A stretch of 64,000 nucleotides of DNA from Candidatus Omnitrophota bacterium. GTDB taxonomy: Bacteria > Omnitrophota > Gorgyraeia > Gygaellales > JBFMHM01. The notes below the pieces were generated by a model that was not told the origin of the DNA, ran no database searches, and saw nothing but the letters and a program-made list of their open reading frames with translations. The DNA lies in NCBI GenBank assembly GCA_040753015.1, contig JBFMHM010000006.1, forward strand, positions 20,467-84,466. Direction: 5' to 3'. The position numbers and the translations under genes were made by a program. Shown piece after piece: positions 40,617 through 49,777 of the stretch (positions within the stretch are counted from its first letter, which is position 1; each line of letters opens with the position of its first letter).

Positions 40617-41518
40617 AAAAAATAATAATAGAAATCCAAAAATTAAGAAAAGAACGTAATGCGGTAATTTTAGCACATAACTACCAAGCGCCAGAAATAC
40701 AAGATATTGCGGATTATTGCGGTGATTCGCTCGAGTTGAGTAGGATCGCAGCAAAGTCACAAGCGGGTATAATTGTTTTTTGCGGCGTACATTTTATGGC
40801 TGAAACTGCTTCGATTCTTTCTCCAGAAAAAACAGTAGTTGTCCCCGATATAAATGCGGGATGCCCTATGGCAAATATGATTACTAGACAGGATTTAATC
40901 GAACTTAAAAAACGCCATCCAAAAGCTGTAGTTGTAGGTTATGTAAATACATCGGCAGAGGTAAAATCAGAGTTAGATATTTGCTGTACTTCGACTAATG
41001 CAGTTAAGGTAGTGGAGTCTCTTAAAAATGCGCCAGAGATAATTTTTGTTCCAGATAAATACTTGGCTGATTATGTTTCAAAAAAAACCGGCCGTGTATT
41101 AATTTCTTGGGATGGTTATTGTCCAACACATGTAAAAATTTTACCAGAAGATATTATGAGGGAGATCCGCAGGCATCCGAAAGCAACAATTTTAGCCCAT
41201 CCTGAATGCCGGCCGGAAGTTATTGCATTAGCTGATGAAGCGCTTTCTACAGGCCAAATGTGCAAATATGTTAAAGAGACGAAATATAGGGAGTTTATTA
41301 TCGGCACAGAAGTTGGCCTTATCTATAGGCTTAAAAAAGATAACCCTACGAAGGAATTCTATCCGGCATCAGATAAGGCAATTTGTCCAAATATGAAACG
41401 CACTACTTTGGAAAAAGTATTATGGTCGCTCCAAGATCTTAAAGAAGAAGTTAAGGTGCCATATGATATTCAGGTAAAAGCCAAAAAGGCAATAGATAAA
41501 ATGCTTGAGATAATTTAG
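40613..41518 (+). CDS. nadA: quinolinate synthase
   Basis: NadA three-repeat architecture with conserved Cys ligands. Confidence 0.9.
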   Translation: MKKIIIEIQKLRKERNAVILAHNYQAPEIQDIADYCGDSLELSRIAAKSQAGIIVFCGVHFMAETASILSPEKTVVVPDINAGCPMANMITRQDLIELKKRHPKAVVVGYVNTSAEVKSELDICCTSTNAVKVVESLKNAPEIIFVPDKYLADYVSKKTGRVLISWDGYCPTHVKILPEDIMREIRRHPKATILAHPECRPEVIALADEALSTGQMCKYVKETKYREFIIGTEVGLIYRLKKDNPTKEFYPASDKAICPNMKRTTLEKVLWSLQDLKEEVKVPYDIQVKAKKAIDKMLEII

Positions 41519-41531
41519 GGGAGGTTAGGAG

Positions 41532-42023
41532 ATGGATGAGATTTTAGAGGTATTAGAAAAAGATGCACGTAGGTGTCCAGAAGATATAGCGCGGCTTACA
41601 AAACGCAGTACGGATTCAGTTAAAAAAGCAATAAAGAAATTTGAAAAAGACGGTGTGATTCTTGGTTATAAAACGATAATAAATAAAGATGCTTTAGACA
41701 AGGATGATAAGGAAAAAGAAGTTTTAGCGTTAATTGAGGTGAATATTATGCCTCAAAAAGATTTAGGATTTGACCATGTAGCAGAACGTATTTATTCATT
41801 TAGCGAAGTAAAGTCTTGTTATCTTATTTCAGGGACTTATGATTTACTTGTGATTGTGCAAGGGAAAGACTTGCATACAGTTGCAAAATTTGTCGCTGAG
41901 AAGCTATCCCCCCTTGAACATGTGAGAGGCACAGCGACCCATTTTCTATTAAAAAAATATAAAGAAGACGATATAATTCTAAAACATAAAGGAGAGAATA
42001 AAAGAATTGCAATATCATACTAA
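41532..42023 (+). CDS. Lrp/AsnC-family transcriptional regulator
   Basis: N-terminal HTH LEVLEKDARRCPEDIARLTKRS plus a RAM domain. Confidence 0.8.
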   Translation: MDEILEVLEKDARRCPEDIARLTKRSTDSVKKAIKKFEKDGVILGYKTIINKDALDKDDKEKEVLALIEVNIMPQKDLGFDHVAERIYSFSEVKSCYLISGTYDLLVIVQGKDLHTVAKFVAEKLSPLEHVRGTATHFLLKKYKEDDIILKHKGENKRIAISY

Positions 42024-42054
42024 GCGAAAAACGTAAAGCGAAAAATGTAAAATT

Positions 42055-43215
42055 ATGAAAAATATTATTTCTAAGAAAGTTTTAGATATGCAGCCATCAG
42101 GCATTAGAGTATTCTTCGATTTAGTGCTTGGCATGAAAGATGTTATTTCGCTTGGTGTTGGTGAGCCGGATTTCGCAACTCCTTGGAATATTAGAGAGGC
42201 GGGTATTTTTTCTTTAGAAAAAGGATTTACTACTTATACTTCAAATAAAGGTTTAATGAAACTGCGCCTTATAATAAGAAATCATGTAAAAAAAATTAGC
42301 GGTGTTGAATATTGTCCAGAGGATGAAATTCTTGTTACCGTTGGTGTAAGTGAGGGTTTTGATTTATTGCTGCGTACAATAATAAGTAAGGGTGATGAGG
42401 TGTTAATTCCTCATCCAAGTTTTGTTTCCTATGCTCCGCTTACTGAGCTTTGCGGCGGCAAACCAGTATTAATTGGCTTAAGCCAAGAAAATAAGTTTAA
42501 ATTATTACCTTGGATGATTGATGAAAATTGTACAAAAAATACTAAGGCGATAATTTTAAATTATCCTTGTAACCCAACCGGTGCATCTTATACTAGGCAA
42601 GAATTGTTAGAATTAAAAAAAATTATTGTAAAACACAATTTACTTGTAATTAGTGATGAGATTTATGGTGATTTAACTTACGATTTCGAGCATACGCCAT
42701 TTGTTTCTTTAGGAGGGGTGAAGGAGAGGACAGTTTATTTAAACGGATTTTCTAAAGGTTATGCTATGACTGGCTGGCGCATAGGATATGCCTGTGGCCC
42801 AAAAGAAATAATTTCGGCAATGACAAAAATTCATCAATATTCAATTATGTGTGTAGCTACAACTAGTCAATGGGCAGCATGTGAGGCGCTGTCTTATGGT
42901 GAGCGTTCAGTTTTAGAGATGAAGAAAGAATATGCAAAGCGTAGAAATTTTGTTGTTGAACGGCTTAATTCAATGGGACTTGATTGCATTATGCCAGAGG
43001 GTGCATTTTATGCCTTTCCTTCTATAAAAAAAATTAGTAATAACTCTTTGGAATTTTCTAGCCAATTATTGAAAAAAAAGAAGGTAGCTGTTGTTCCGGG
43101 AGGTGCCTTTGGTACAAATAGTCATATCCGTATTTCGTATGCTTCTAAATTAGAAGTATTAAAAGAGGCCTTGACACGCATAGAAGATTTTTTAAACAGC
43201 AATGAACGATATTAA
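42055..43215 (+). CDS. class I/II pyridoxal-phosphate aminotransferase (aspartate aminotransferase-like)
   Basis: PLP-Lys region SKGYAMTGWRIGY. Confidence 0.8.
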   Translation: MKNIISKKVLDMQPSGIRVFFDLVLGMKDVISLGVGEPDFATPWNIREAGIFSLEKGFTTYTSNKGLMKLRLIIRNHVKKISGVEYCPEDEILVTVGVSEGFDLLLRTIISKGDEVLIPHPSFVSYAPLTELCGGKPVLIGLSQENKFKLLPWMIDENCTKNTKAIILNYPCNPTGASYTRQELLELKKIIVKHNLLVISDEIYGDLTYDFEHTPFVSLGGVKERTVYLNGFSKGYAMTGWRIGYACGPKEIISAMTKIHQYSIMCVATTSQWAACEALSYGERSVLEMKKEYAKRRNFVVERLNSMGLDCIMPEGAFYAFPSIKKISNNSLEFSSQLLKKKKVAVVPGGAFGTNSHIRISYASKLEVLKEALTRIEDFLNSNERY

Positions 43216-43876
43216 TAAGGAGCTTAAAAACTTTGTTTTAAGCTTAGGGGTAGATTTATTTGGTGTTGCTGATGTAGTTAGCATAAAGGATAAATTTTTA
43301 CTTTCTAATGAAGCTAAGAATAATTTTAATCGTGCGATTTCTATTGGCATAGTTGTTGCAAGCGGAGTTTTAGATGACATTGATGGCCAGCCAACACGGT
43401 TATATTATCAATATTACCGCACATTAAATAATTTGCTTGATCAAATAGGTGTGCGAATTGCAAGTTTTATTGAAAAGAGAGGCTTTAAGGCTTTGCCCAT
43501 TCCCGCATCGCAAGTTTTCGACGGAGATAGACTAAATTCCCATTTGTCGCATAAAGAAATTGGTGTTTTAGCAGGTTTGGGCTGGATTGGCAGGAATAAC
43601 CTTTTAGTTAACGAAATTTATGGCAGTCAATTTAGGCTAGCAACAGTTTTGACTAATCTTGATTTAATCTGCGCAAGGCCTTTAGAAAAAGATTGTGGTG
43701 AATGTTATGATTGCATAAGTGCATGTCCGGCTTCTGCGCTTGGTGAAGATAGCAGGGATTATAATTTAAACAATTGTTTTTTAAAATTAAAAGAATTTCA
43801 AAAGAAAAGAATTGTTGATCAGATGATTTGTGGTATTTGCGTAAAAAGCTGTAAGCCCAGTAAAAATAAAAACTGA
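43202..43876 (+). CDS. 4Fe-4S ferredoxin-domain protein (QueG/reductive-dehalogenase-like N-domain plus Fe-S motif)
   Basis: CGECYDCISACP Fe-S motif plus downstream CGICVKSC. Confidence 0.35.
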   Translation: MNDINKELKNFVLSLGVDLFGVADVVSIKDKFLLSNEAKNNFNRAISIGIVVASGVLDDIDGQPTRLYYQYYRTLNNLLDQIGVRIASFIEKRGFKALPIPASQVFDGDRLNSHLSHKEIGVLAGLGWIGRNNLLVNEIYGSQFRLATVLTNLDLICARPLEKDCGECYDCISACPASALGEDSRDYNLNNCFLKLKEFQKKRIVDQMICGICVKSCKPSKNKN

Positions 43877-43888
43877 AAGGATAGCGAT

Positions 43889-44581
43889 ATGCCTGGTTCT
43901 ACGACAAAAAAATTTGAGGCCTTATCAAAAATTAGCCATGCGATAACCTCAGACCTTTATATCGAGGATATTTTAAAATTAATTGTAACAATTACAGCAG
44001 AGACACTTGGTTCAAAAATTTGTTCATTAATGCTTTTAGATGATAAAGGTTATTTACAGATTCGTGCAACACAATCGGTTTCTCAAGATTATAATAAAAA
44101 ACCAGCGCTTAAAGTTGGCGAAGGTATTGCTGGAAAAGTTGCAGAGGAAAATAAACCAATTTCAATTGCTGATTTAGCTCAGTGCAATGAATATAAATAT
44201 AAAGAAATTGCCAAAAAGGAAGGGTTGGCTTCTTTACTTTGCGTGCCTTTATCGGTTAAGAAAAAAGCAATAGGTGTAATTAATCTCTATACTTCAACCC
44301 CGCATAAATTTACAAAAAGCGAGGTGCATCTTTTAACCACAGTTGCAAATCAAGCAGCACTTGTTATTGAAAATACCGAACTTATAGTTAAGACTAAAGT
44401 TATCCAGGAGGAGCTTGAATCGCGAAAGGCTATTGAGCGGGCAAAGGGTATTTTAATGAAAGATCAAAATATCTCAGAAGACGAAGCATACCGTAAAATT
44501 CAAAAATACAGCATGGATTCGCGTAAGTCAATGCGGGAAGTTGCTGAAGCAATAATTATGGCCAAAGAATTAAAAAGTTGA
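43889..44581 (+). CDS. GAF domain - ANTAR domain RNA-binding antiterminator regulator
   Basis: N-terminal GAF (~150 aa). C-terminal ANTAR helical motif ESRKAIERAKGILMKDQNISEDEAYRKIQKYSMDSRKSMREVAEAII. Confidence 0.8.
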   Translation: MPGSTTKKFEALSKISHAITSDLYIEDILKLIVTITAETLGSKICSLMLLDDKGYLQIRATQSVSQDYNKKPALKVGEGIAGKVAEENKPISIADLAQCNEYKYKEIAKKEGLASLLCVPLSVKKKAIGVINLYTSTPHKFTKSEVHLLTTVANQAALVIENTELIVKTKVIQEELESRKAIERAKGILMKDQNISEDEAYRKIQKYSMDSRKSMREVAEAIIMAKELKS

Positions 44582-44606
44582 CGCTAGTACATTTATATGG
44601 TATAAT
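44578..44606 (+). promoter_or_regulatory. strong sigma70-like promoter (extended -10)
   Basis: TTGACG (44578-44583), 17-nt spacer, TGG-TATAAT (44601-44606). It overlaps the stop codon of the GAF-ANTAR gene. Confidence 0.55.
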
Positions 44607-44651
44607 TAAATTGTAAGTAGCACAAGGATTGTGCAGTAGATTTAGCAATGA

Positions 44652-44688
44652 GGCGTGTGCCATTAACTAGGCATGCGCCTTTTTGTTT
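44652..44688 (+). terminator. intrinsic terminator / attenuator in the sigma-factor leader
   Basis: 10-bp stem GGCGTGTGCC/GGCATGCGCC (two G.U pairs), 8-nt loop, then TTTTTGTTT. Confidence 0.55.
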
Positions 44689-44752
44689 GGATAATGGAGT
44701 CCTTTTCGAGAGAAATAATCTCTTAAAAAGGATTTTTATTTTTAGGAGCCAG

Positions 44753-45262
44753 ATGGAATTCAGTTTATTGCTTAATAGGCTTTCAGCGCGTTTGAAAAAA
44801 ATTGCCAGATTTTATGGTACAAGAAGTCATTTTTTAAACAATGACGATCTCTATCAAGAAATGTGTTTACATCTTTGGAATAATTTTAAGGATGGGGTAC
44901 CTCCGGAATTTAATGATGCTTATGTTATCCGTGGGTGTGAATTTCATATTTTAAATTATTTAAGGAAGAATAGAGAAAAAGTAAAATTTGTAAGTATTGA
45001 TGAGCCCATAGATGATAATGCTAATACTATAAAAGATATGTTAGTTGATACAAAAGAACCCCTCAAACAATATGTGAATAGAAAAATAACTATGGAATAT
45101 ATTAGTAATAATGGGTTTTCTAAAATGGAAAAAGATGTTTTTGCTTTTTTGATGGAAGGGTTTACGGTTAGAGAGATTGGTAAGAAAATAGGCGTTTCGC
45201 ATGTTTATGTCATAAAATTAAAAAAGAGCTTAGTTACCAAAACAAAAACTTTGTTACTTTAG
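44753..45262 (+). CDS. ECF-type (sigma-70 family) RNA polymerase sigma factor
   Basis: Region-2-like DDLYQEMCLHLWNNF and C-terminal HTH FTVREIGKKIGVSHVYVIKLKK. Start taken at MEFSLL after an AGGAG RBS. Confidence 0.65.
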   Translation: MEFSLLLNRLSARLKKIARFYGTRSHFLNNDDLYQEMCLHLWNNFKDGVPPEFNDAYVIRGCEFHILNYLRKNREKVKFVSIDEPIDDNANTIKDMLVDTKEPLKQYVNRKITMEYISNNGFSKMEKDVFAFLMEGFTVREIGKKIGVSHVYVIKLKKSLVTKTKTLLL

Positions 45263-45372
45263 TAGCTGTAAGGATTTTTTAAAAGCACATTGATGTAATT
45301 TTAGGACCGAGACGTCCAATTTGTTGCAAAGTGTTGCAATGGGTTGGGCGTTTTTCATTCTATACATAATTT

Positions 45373-46185
45373 ATGGAGAGATATATGTTTAAAAAAATAA
45401 GATTTTCAGTTTTTATTTTTACCATTTTACTTTTGACCTTTACATTTTCTTATGCTACTCCTACAACGCATATTTGGTCGCCGTCAACCGATGTTCAGCC
45501 ATACGGTGTATTTCACTTAACCGCAGATGCTTATGTTCCAGTTGAGCGAGACAGTGCAGGGAACAGGCCTGACACAGTCACAAACTTTGGCTTAACCACA
45601 GGCATTTTACCGTTCGATAAATTTAATGCTGAAGTTGGTTTTGACCATATTGCAGGGTACGGCGCTTTAGATACTTATCCATTTTATTTTAATTGGAAGG
45701 TAGGCACACCAGAAGATGTATTTTCTAAATTTTTTCCCGCACTTGCTTTTGGTGAATATATGATTGGTACAAAACAAAAAAAAGCAACTGGTGTTGTAAG
45801 AACAGGCTACAACATTTTTTATTGGAAAGCAGCAAAGACGTTATCGATAAAGAATTTTTCTTTGGGTAGATTTTCTGCTGGGTATTATCGCGGCGATAAA
45901 GATTTACTTTTGGATGCAAATGGTAATAGCGATAACGATGGTGTACTTTTAGCCTGGGAAAGAATAATGAGCGAGATTTCTGATAAGCTTTGGGTTTGTG
46001 TAGATTATCAGGGAGGAAAAAATAGTTTTGGTGCGATGAACTATGGATTTGCTTGGAAGTTTTCTCCTAATGTAAGCGTACTATTTGGTTATGACGTACC
46101 AAATAACAGCAATCTTGCTAAAACATTTACTGTGCAATGTGATATAGACTTCGATTTGTTTAGTAAGTTTTTAAGAAAAAAATAG
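45373..46185 (+). CDS. hypothetical secreted protein, porin-like, immediately upstream of amtB
   Basis: Signal peptide FSVFIFTILLLTFTFSYA. Beta-rich, Gly/aromatic-rich body. RBS GGAGAG. Confidence 0.4.
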   Translation: MERYMFKKIRFSVFIFTILLLTFTFSYATPTTHIWSPSTDVQPYGVFHLTADAYVPVERDSAGNRPDTVTNFGLTTGILPFDKFNAEVGFDHIAGYGALDTYPFYFNWKVGTPEDVFSKFFPALAFGEYMIGTKQKKATGVVRTGYNIFYWKAAKTLSIKNFSLGRFSAGYYRGDKDLLLDANGNSDNDGVLLAWERIMSEISDKLWVCVDYQGGKNSFGAMNYGFAWKFSPNVSVLFGYDVPNNSNLAKTFTVQCDIDFDLFSKFLRKK

Positions 46186-46209
46186 AAGGATTAAAAGGAG
46201 GTAATATTT

Positions 46210-47439
46210 ATGATAAATACAGGCGATACGGCGTGGATTATGATTTCATCGGCGCTAGTTATGCTGATGACTCCGGGCTTGGCATTTTTTTATGGCGGTA
46301 TGGTTCGGCGTAAAAATATCTTAAATGTTTTGATGCAATGTTTTATTGTTTTATGTGTACTAAGTTTGCAATGGGTTTTGTTTGGATATAGTCTTTCGTT
46401 TGCGCCAAGCAACGGCTTTTGGGGTGGGTTTAGTTGGTTAGGGTTAAAAGGCGTAGGGCTTGAACCTTATGTTGATTATGCTCCGACTATTCCACATCAG
46501 CTTTTCATGGCTTTTCAGATGATGTTTGCCATTATTACACCAGCTTTAATTATTGGTGCGTTTGCAGAGAGAATGAAATTTAGCTCATTCTTAATTTTTA
46601 CAATTATTTGGGCAACATTTGTTTATGCTCCAGTTTGCCATTGGGTTTGGGGTATGGGTGGATTTTTAAGAAAATTAGGTGCGCTTGATTTTGCTGGAGG
46701 GACAGTTGTTCATATTAACGCTGGAATTGCAGCGATAGTTACGGCAATTATGATTGGAAAACGCAAAAATCTAAATGGCCATATGCCTAGTCCACATAAT
46801 CTACCTTTTGTAGTTTTAGGAACCGCACTTCTTTGGTTTGGTTGGTTTGGTTTTAATGCTGGTAGTGCTTTGGCAGCAAATGGTTTAGCGGTAAATGCAT
46901 TTGTTGTTACAAATACTGCTGCAGCAGCTGCGGGTTTAAGTTGGGCACTTTTAGAATGGATTCGTAACGGTAAGCCGACGATGTTTGGTGTTGCATCGGG
47001 TGCGGTTGCGGGATTAGTTGCAATTACTCCGGCTGCGGGTTTTGTGAGCGTAATTTCAGCAATAATTATTGGTTTGTTGGTTAGTGTATTTTGTTTTATT
47101 GCTGTTAGTTTTATTAAACCAAAACTTGGCTACGATGATTCTTTAGATGCATTTGGTGTTCACTGTGTTGGCGGAATTTGGGGGGCGCTTGCAACTGGTT
47201 TATTTGCCTCAAAGGTTGTGAATAGCGCCGGAAGTGATGGTTTATTTTTTGGCAACCCAAAGCAATTTTTCGTTCAAGCCTTAACGGTGTTAATTACAAT
47301 TGTATATACTGCAATAGTGACAGCGGTTATTTATAAAATTGTAGATGTCATATTTGGGATAAGAGTCACTGAAAAAGAAGAACTTATGGGTCTTGATTTA
47401 ACCCAACACAGAGAAAGGGCATATACGGTGTTAGAATGA
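46210..47439 (+). CDS. amtB: ammonium transporter
   Basis: Amt signature [16 protein letters not shown] and twin-His region. Confidence 0.9.
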   Translation: MINTGDTAWIMISSALVMLMTPGLAFFYGGMVRRKNILNVLMQCFIVLCVLSLQWVLFGYSLSFAPSNGFWGGFSWLGLKGVGLEPYVDYAPTIPHQLFMAFQMMFAIITPALIIGAFAERMKFSSFLIFTIIWATFVYAPVCHWVWGMGGFLRKLGALDFAGGTVVHINAGIAAIVTAIMIGKRKNLNGHMPSPHNLPFVVLGTALLWFGWFGFNAGSALAANGLAVNAFVVTNTAAAAAGLSWALLEWIRNGKPTMFGVASGAVAGLVAITPAAGFVSVISAIIIGLLVSVFCFIAVSFIKPKLGYDDSLDAFGVHCVGGIWGALATGLFASKVVNSAGSDGLFFGNPKQFFVQALTVLITIVYTAIVTAVIYKIVDVIFGIRVTEKEELMGLDLTQHRERAYTVLE

Positions 47440-47777
47440 AACTAATTATTGCAATTATCCAACCATACAAATTAGAAGAAGTAAAAGAGGCTCTATACAG
47501 CGCTGATATTAATCTAATTACGGTAAGCGAAGTATTAGGCCATGGCAGGCAAAAAGGTGTAACCGAAGTTTATCGCGGCCATAAAGAAACCGGTAATTTA
47601 CTTCGCAAAATTCGCCTAGAGATTACCGTAAATGAAGAATTTGTTGAGCCAACAATAAAAGCAATTATAAAAGGCGCAAAAACTGGTGAAACAGGTGATG
47701 GAAAGATCTTCGTGTTAGACTTAAAAGAATGTGTGAGGATTAGGACAGAGGAGCGCGGCCCAGTTGCTATAGGGTAA
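47436..47777 (+). CDS. glnK: nitrogen regulatory protein P-II
   Basis: [20 protein letters not shown]..., T-loop RGHKETG. 4-nt overlap with amtB. Confidence 0.9.
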   Translation: MKLIIAIIQPYKLEEVKEALYSADINLITVSEVLGHGRQKGVTEVYRGHKETGNLLRKIRLEITVNEEFVEPTIKAIIKGAKTGETGDGKIFVLDLKECVRIRTEERGPVAIG

Positions 47778-47783
47778 TATAAA

Positions 47784-47817
47784 TAAAAAAGCCCCGAATC
47801 ATATCGGGGCTTTTTTA
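47784..47817. terminator. bidirectional intrinsic terminator between glnK (+) and the convergent gene (-)
   Basis: AAAAAA GCCCCGA-atcata-TCGGGGC TTTTTT. Confidence 0.8.
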
Positions 47818-47830
47818 TTTGAATTATAAA

Positions 47831-49420
47831 CTAACCTTTTAGAACTGCTTCAGCTTCTTTCCTATAAGCATCCATCACGTAAGGAATACCAGAGACTTTT
47901 GCTGCATCTTCGGTAAGAGCCATTACATCGCTTCTTGAGATTGATGGTAAGCTGAAATTACGGCTTCCTGCCATTAATTGCTGTAAGCCAACTTTAATTC
48001 TTTGGCTAAATGTGTAAATACCAACAGCGCCTAATGGGATGTCTTTTATATCTTTGCCATATTTTTCTTTTAATTCCTCATATGAAACAAAGATTTCTTC
48101 TGGTTTTGTGCCGAAGTCAGAAATAGTTTTAGGAAGCTTATTTTCCTTAATCCATGTTTCGACATTTTTGCCAACAAAGCCCGGGATCATCAAAGCTCTA
48201 CCCATACAAACTGCTTTAACGTATGGTGCGCCCATAGCAAGGACTTTAAACACATGGTCCTCTAAGGCAAAACCACCAGCAATTGCAATGTCAGGTATGC
48301 GCATTTTTTTCTTTGCTAATTTTTCGCAGAACTCATAAGTTAATGCTTGTAAGTAGAATGTAGGAATACCCCATTCTTGCATCATTCTCCATGGGCTCAT
48401 TCCAGTTCCGCCTGGTGCGCCGTCAATTGTCAAAAGGTCAATTTTAGCAATTGAGGAAAATTTGATTGCCTGTGCAAGCTCTTTCATTGAATAAGCACCG
48501 GTTTTAAGAGTGATTCTTTTAAAACCAAGATCACGTAATCTTTTGATTTCTTTCAAGAAACCTTCTTTAGAAACAAATCCTAGACGTGAATGCCTTTCAA
48601 ATTCTTTGATTGCGCCTGCTTTGAATGCTTCTTGAATTGCATGTACGCTTGGATCAGGCGTAACAATATACCCACGGCGTTGTAATTCTAGTGCGCGCTC
48701 TAATGTCTTTACCTTGATTTCACCGCCGATACATTTTGCTCCTTGTCCCCATTTTAGTTCGATTGTATCAAGCTTGTGTTTTTTACTGACATATTCAGCC
48801 ACGCCTAAACGTGTATCCTCAACATTCATTTGTACTAAAATTTCGCCATAACCTTGGTGGAATTTTTTGTATGTATTGATACGGCGGTCCATTTCAGGTG
48901 ATTTGGCAATTTTTCCTTTTGAATCAAGCTCGAGCCCTGGGTCAATGCCGCAGACATTTTCTCCGCATACTAAAGTAACGCCGGATATTGCAGCACCAAC
49001 TGCAAAATGCTCCCAATTTTTACGGGCAATTTCTGTTGAGCCTAAAGCGCCTGTAAAAATAGGTACTTTCATTTTTACTTTTTGGTTCCATCCATATTCA
49101 GTTTCCGTATCCACATCAGGAAACTTAGTTGTGTCTGGGTCACCCTTTACGCCTTTTGGAAGGCCTTTTGCGCCTTGGGCATAACCTTGGATATTAAGAT
49201 GTGAATAATCAACTGGATAATCTTTGTCTGCTCCGGCAGTCATTTCGCCGAATGGGCCAGGATAGATTACTTCTCTTCCTCTAAATGAGGATTTAAATAC
49301 TTCGCAGTTTCCTACGCAATTTTCAACGCATCTTGAGCATAGGCCTGAGGAAGGAACAACATTTTTTGAGCGGTTGAATGTTCTTGTTGCATCATTTCCG
49401 CCCGGGCATCGTAAATTCAT
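47831..49420 (-). CDS. FMN-dependent glutamate-synthase-domain-2-like protein (GltB-related) with N-terminal Cys cluster
   Basis: N-terminal CSRCVENCVGNCEV Fe-S motif. FMN/TIM-barrel region with GGTGMSP and IAGGF, homologous to the GltB FMN domain. RBS GGAGG. Confidence 0.7.
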   Translation of the reverse strand: MNLRCPGGNDATRTFNRSKNVVPSSGLCSRCVENCVGNCEVFKSSFRGREVIYPGPFGEMTAGADKDYPVDYSHLNIQGYAQGAKGLPKGVKGDPDTTKFPDVDTETEYGWNQKVKMKVPIFTGALGSTEIARKNWEHFAVGAAISGVTLVCGENVCGIDPGLELDSKGKIAKSPEMDRRINTYKKFHQGYGEILVQMNVEDTRLGVAEYVSKKHKLDTIELKWGQGAKCIGGEIKVKTLERALELQRRGYIVTPDPSVHAIQEAFKAGAIKEFERHSRLGFVSKEGFLKEIKRLRDLGFKRITLKTGAYSMKELAQAIKFSSIAKIDLLTIDGAPGGTGMSPWRMMQEWGIPTFYLQALTYEFCEKLAKKKMRIPDIAIAGGFALEDHVFKVLAMGAPYVKAVCMGRALMIPGFVGKNVETWIKENKLPKTISDFGTKPEEIFVSYEELKEKYGKDIKDIPLGAVGIYTFSQRIKVGLQQLMAGSRNFSLPSISRSDVMALTEDAAKVSGIPYVMDAYRKEAEAVLKG

Positions 49421-49696
49421 TTTTAACCTCCAATTTTTAAGACAAAAATATTACCTTCGACATTTTGACAGCTTTGTCTTGTTATCGATATGTGTACAGC
49501 ACTACTTTGTGCTGGTGGGTATATTTAACATTGCCTACAAATTATGCAAAAAATGCTCAATAAGTAGGCGATTAATGAAAAGTATAGAATAAATTTTTGA
49601 TTTTGTAAAGTTTTTTTTAATTTTGTTACCAACTAGGTAAAATTATTACTTTTATAATTAGTGCCTGAAAAATAAGCACACTGAAAAATAATGAAC

Positions 49697-49731
49697 AGGG
49701 GTGTTCTTTTTATAAGAATACCTCTTTTTTT
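49697..49731 (+). terminator. intrinsic terminator / attenuator in the glnN leader
   Basis: Stem 49700-49708 GGTGTTCTT pairs with 49714-49722 AAGAATACC (one G.U). 5-nt loop, then a T-run. Lies ~45 nt upstream of the glnN RBS. Confidence 0.5.
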
Positions 49732-49777
49732 ATTTGGAGGTTATGGTAAAATATTTAATTATAAATTAGGAGGTTAT

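Noticed and set aside
44648-44752. Upstream extension of the sigma-factor ORF (MRRVPLTRHAPFCLDNG...)
   Set aside because: It overlaps a strong intrinsic terminator and lies immediately downstream of a promoter. AGGAG precedes the Met of MEFSLL at 44753, and a 169-aa product fits ECF sigma size.
45290-45345. Possible sigma-54 promoter in the amtB-operon leader (TTGCAA elements)
   Set aside because: No TGGCAC -24 element and no GC at -12 or -24 with correct spacing. The site is retained only as an unexplained TTGCAA direct repeat.
49691-49777. Upstream extension of glnN from ATG 49691 (MNRGVLFIRIPLFLFGGYGKIFNYKLGGY...)
   Set aside because: The extension has no RBS and runs through a terminator hairpin plus T-run. 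A GGAGG RBS immediately precedes the ATG at 49778. It is better explained as a regulatory leader.
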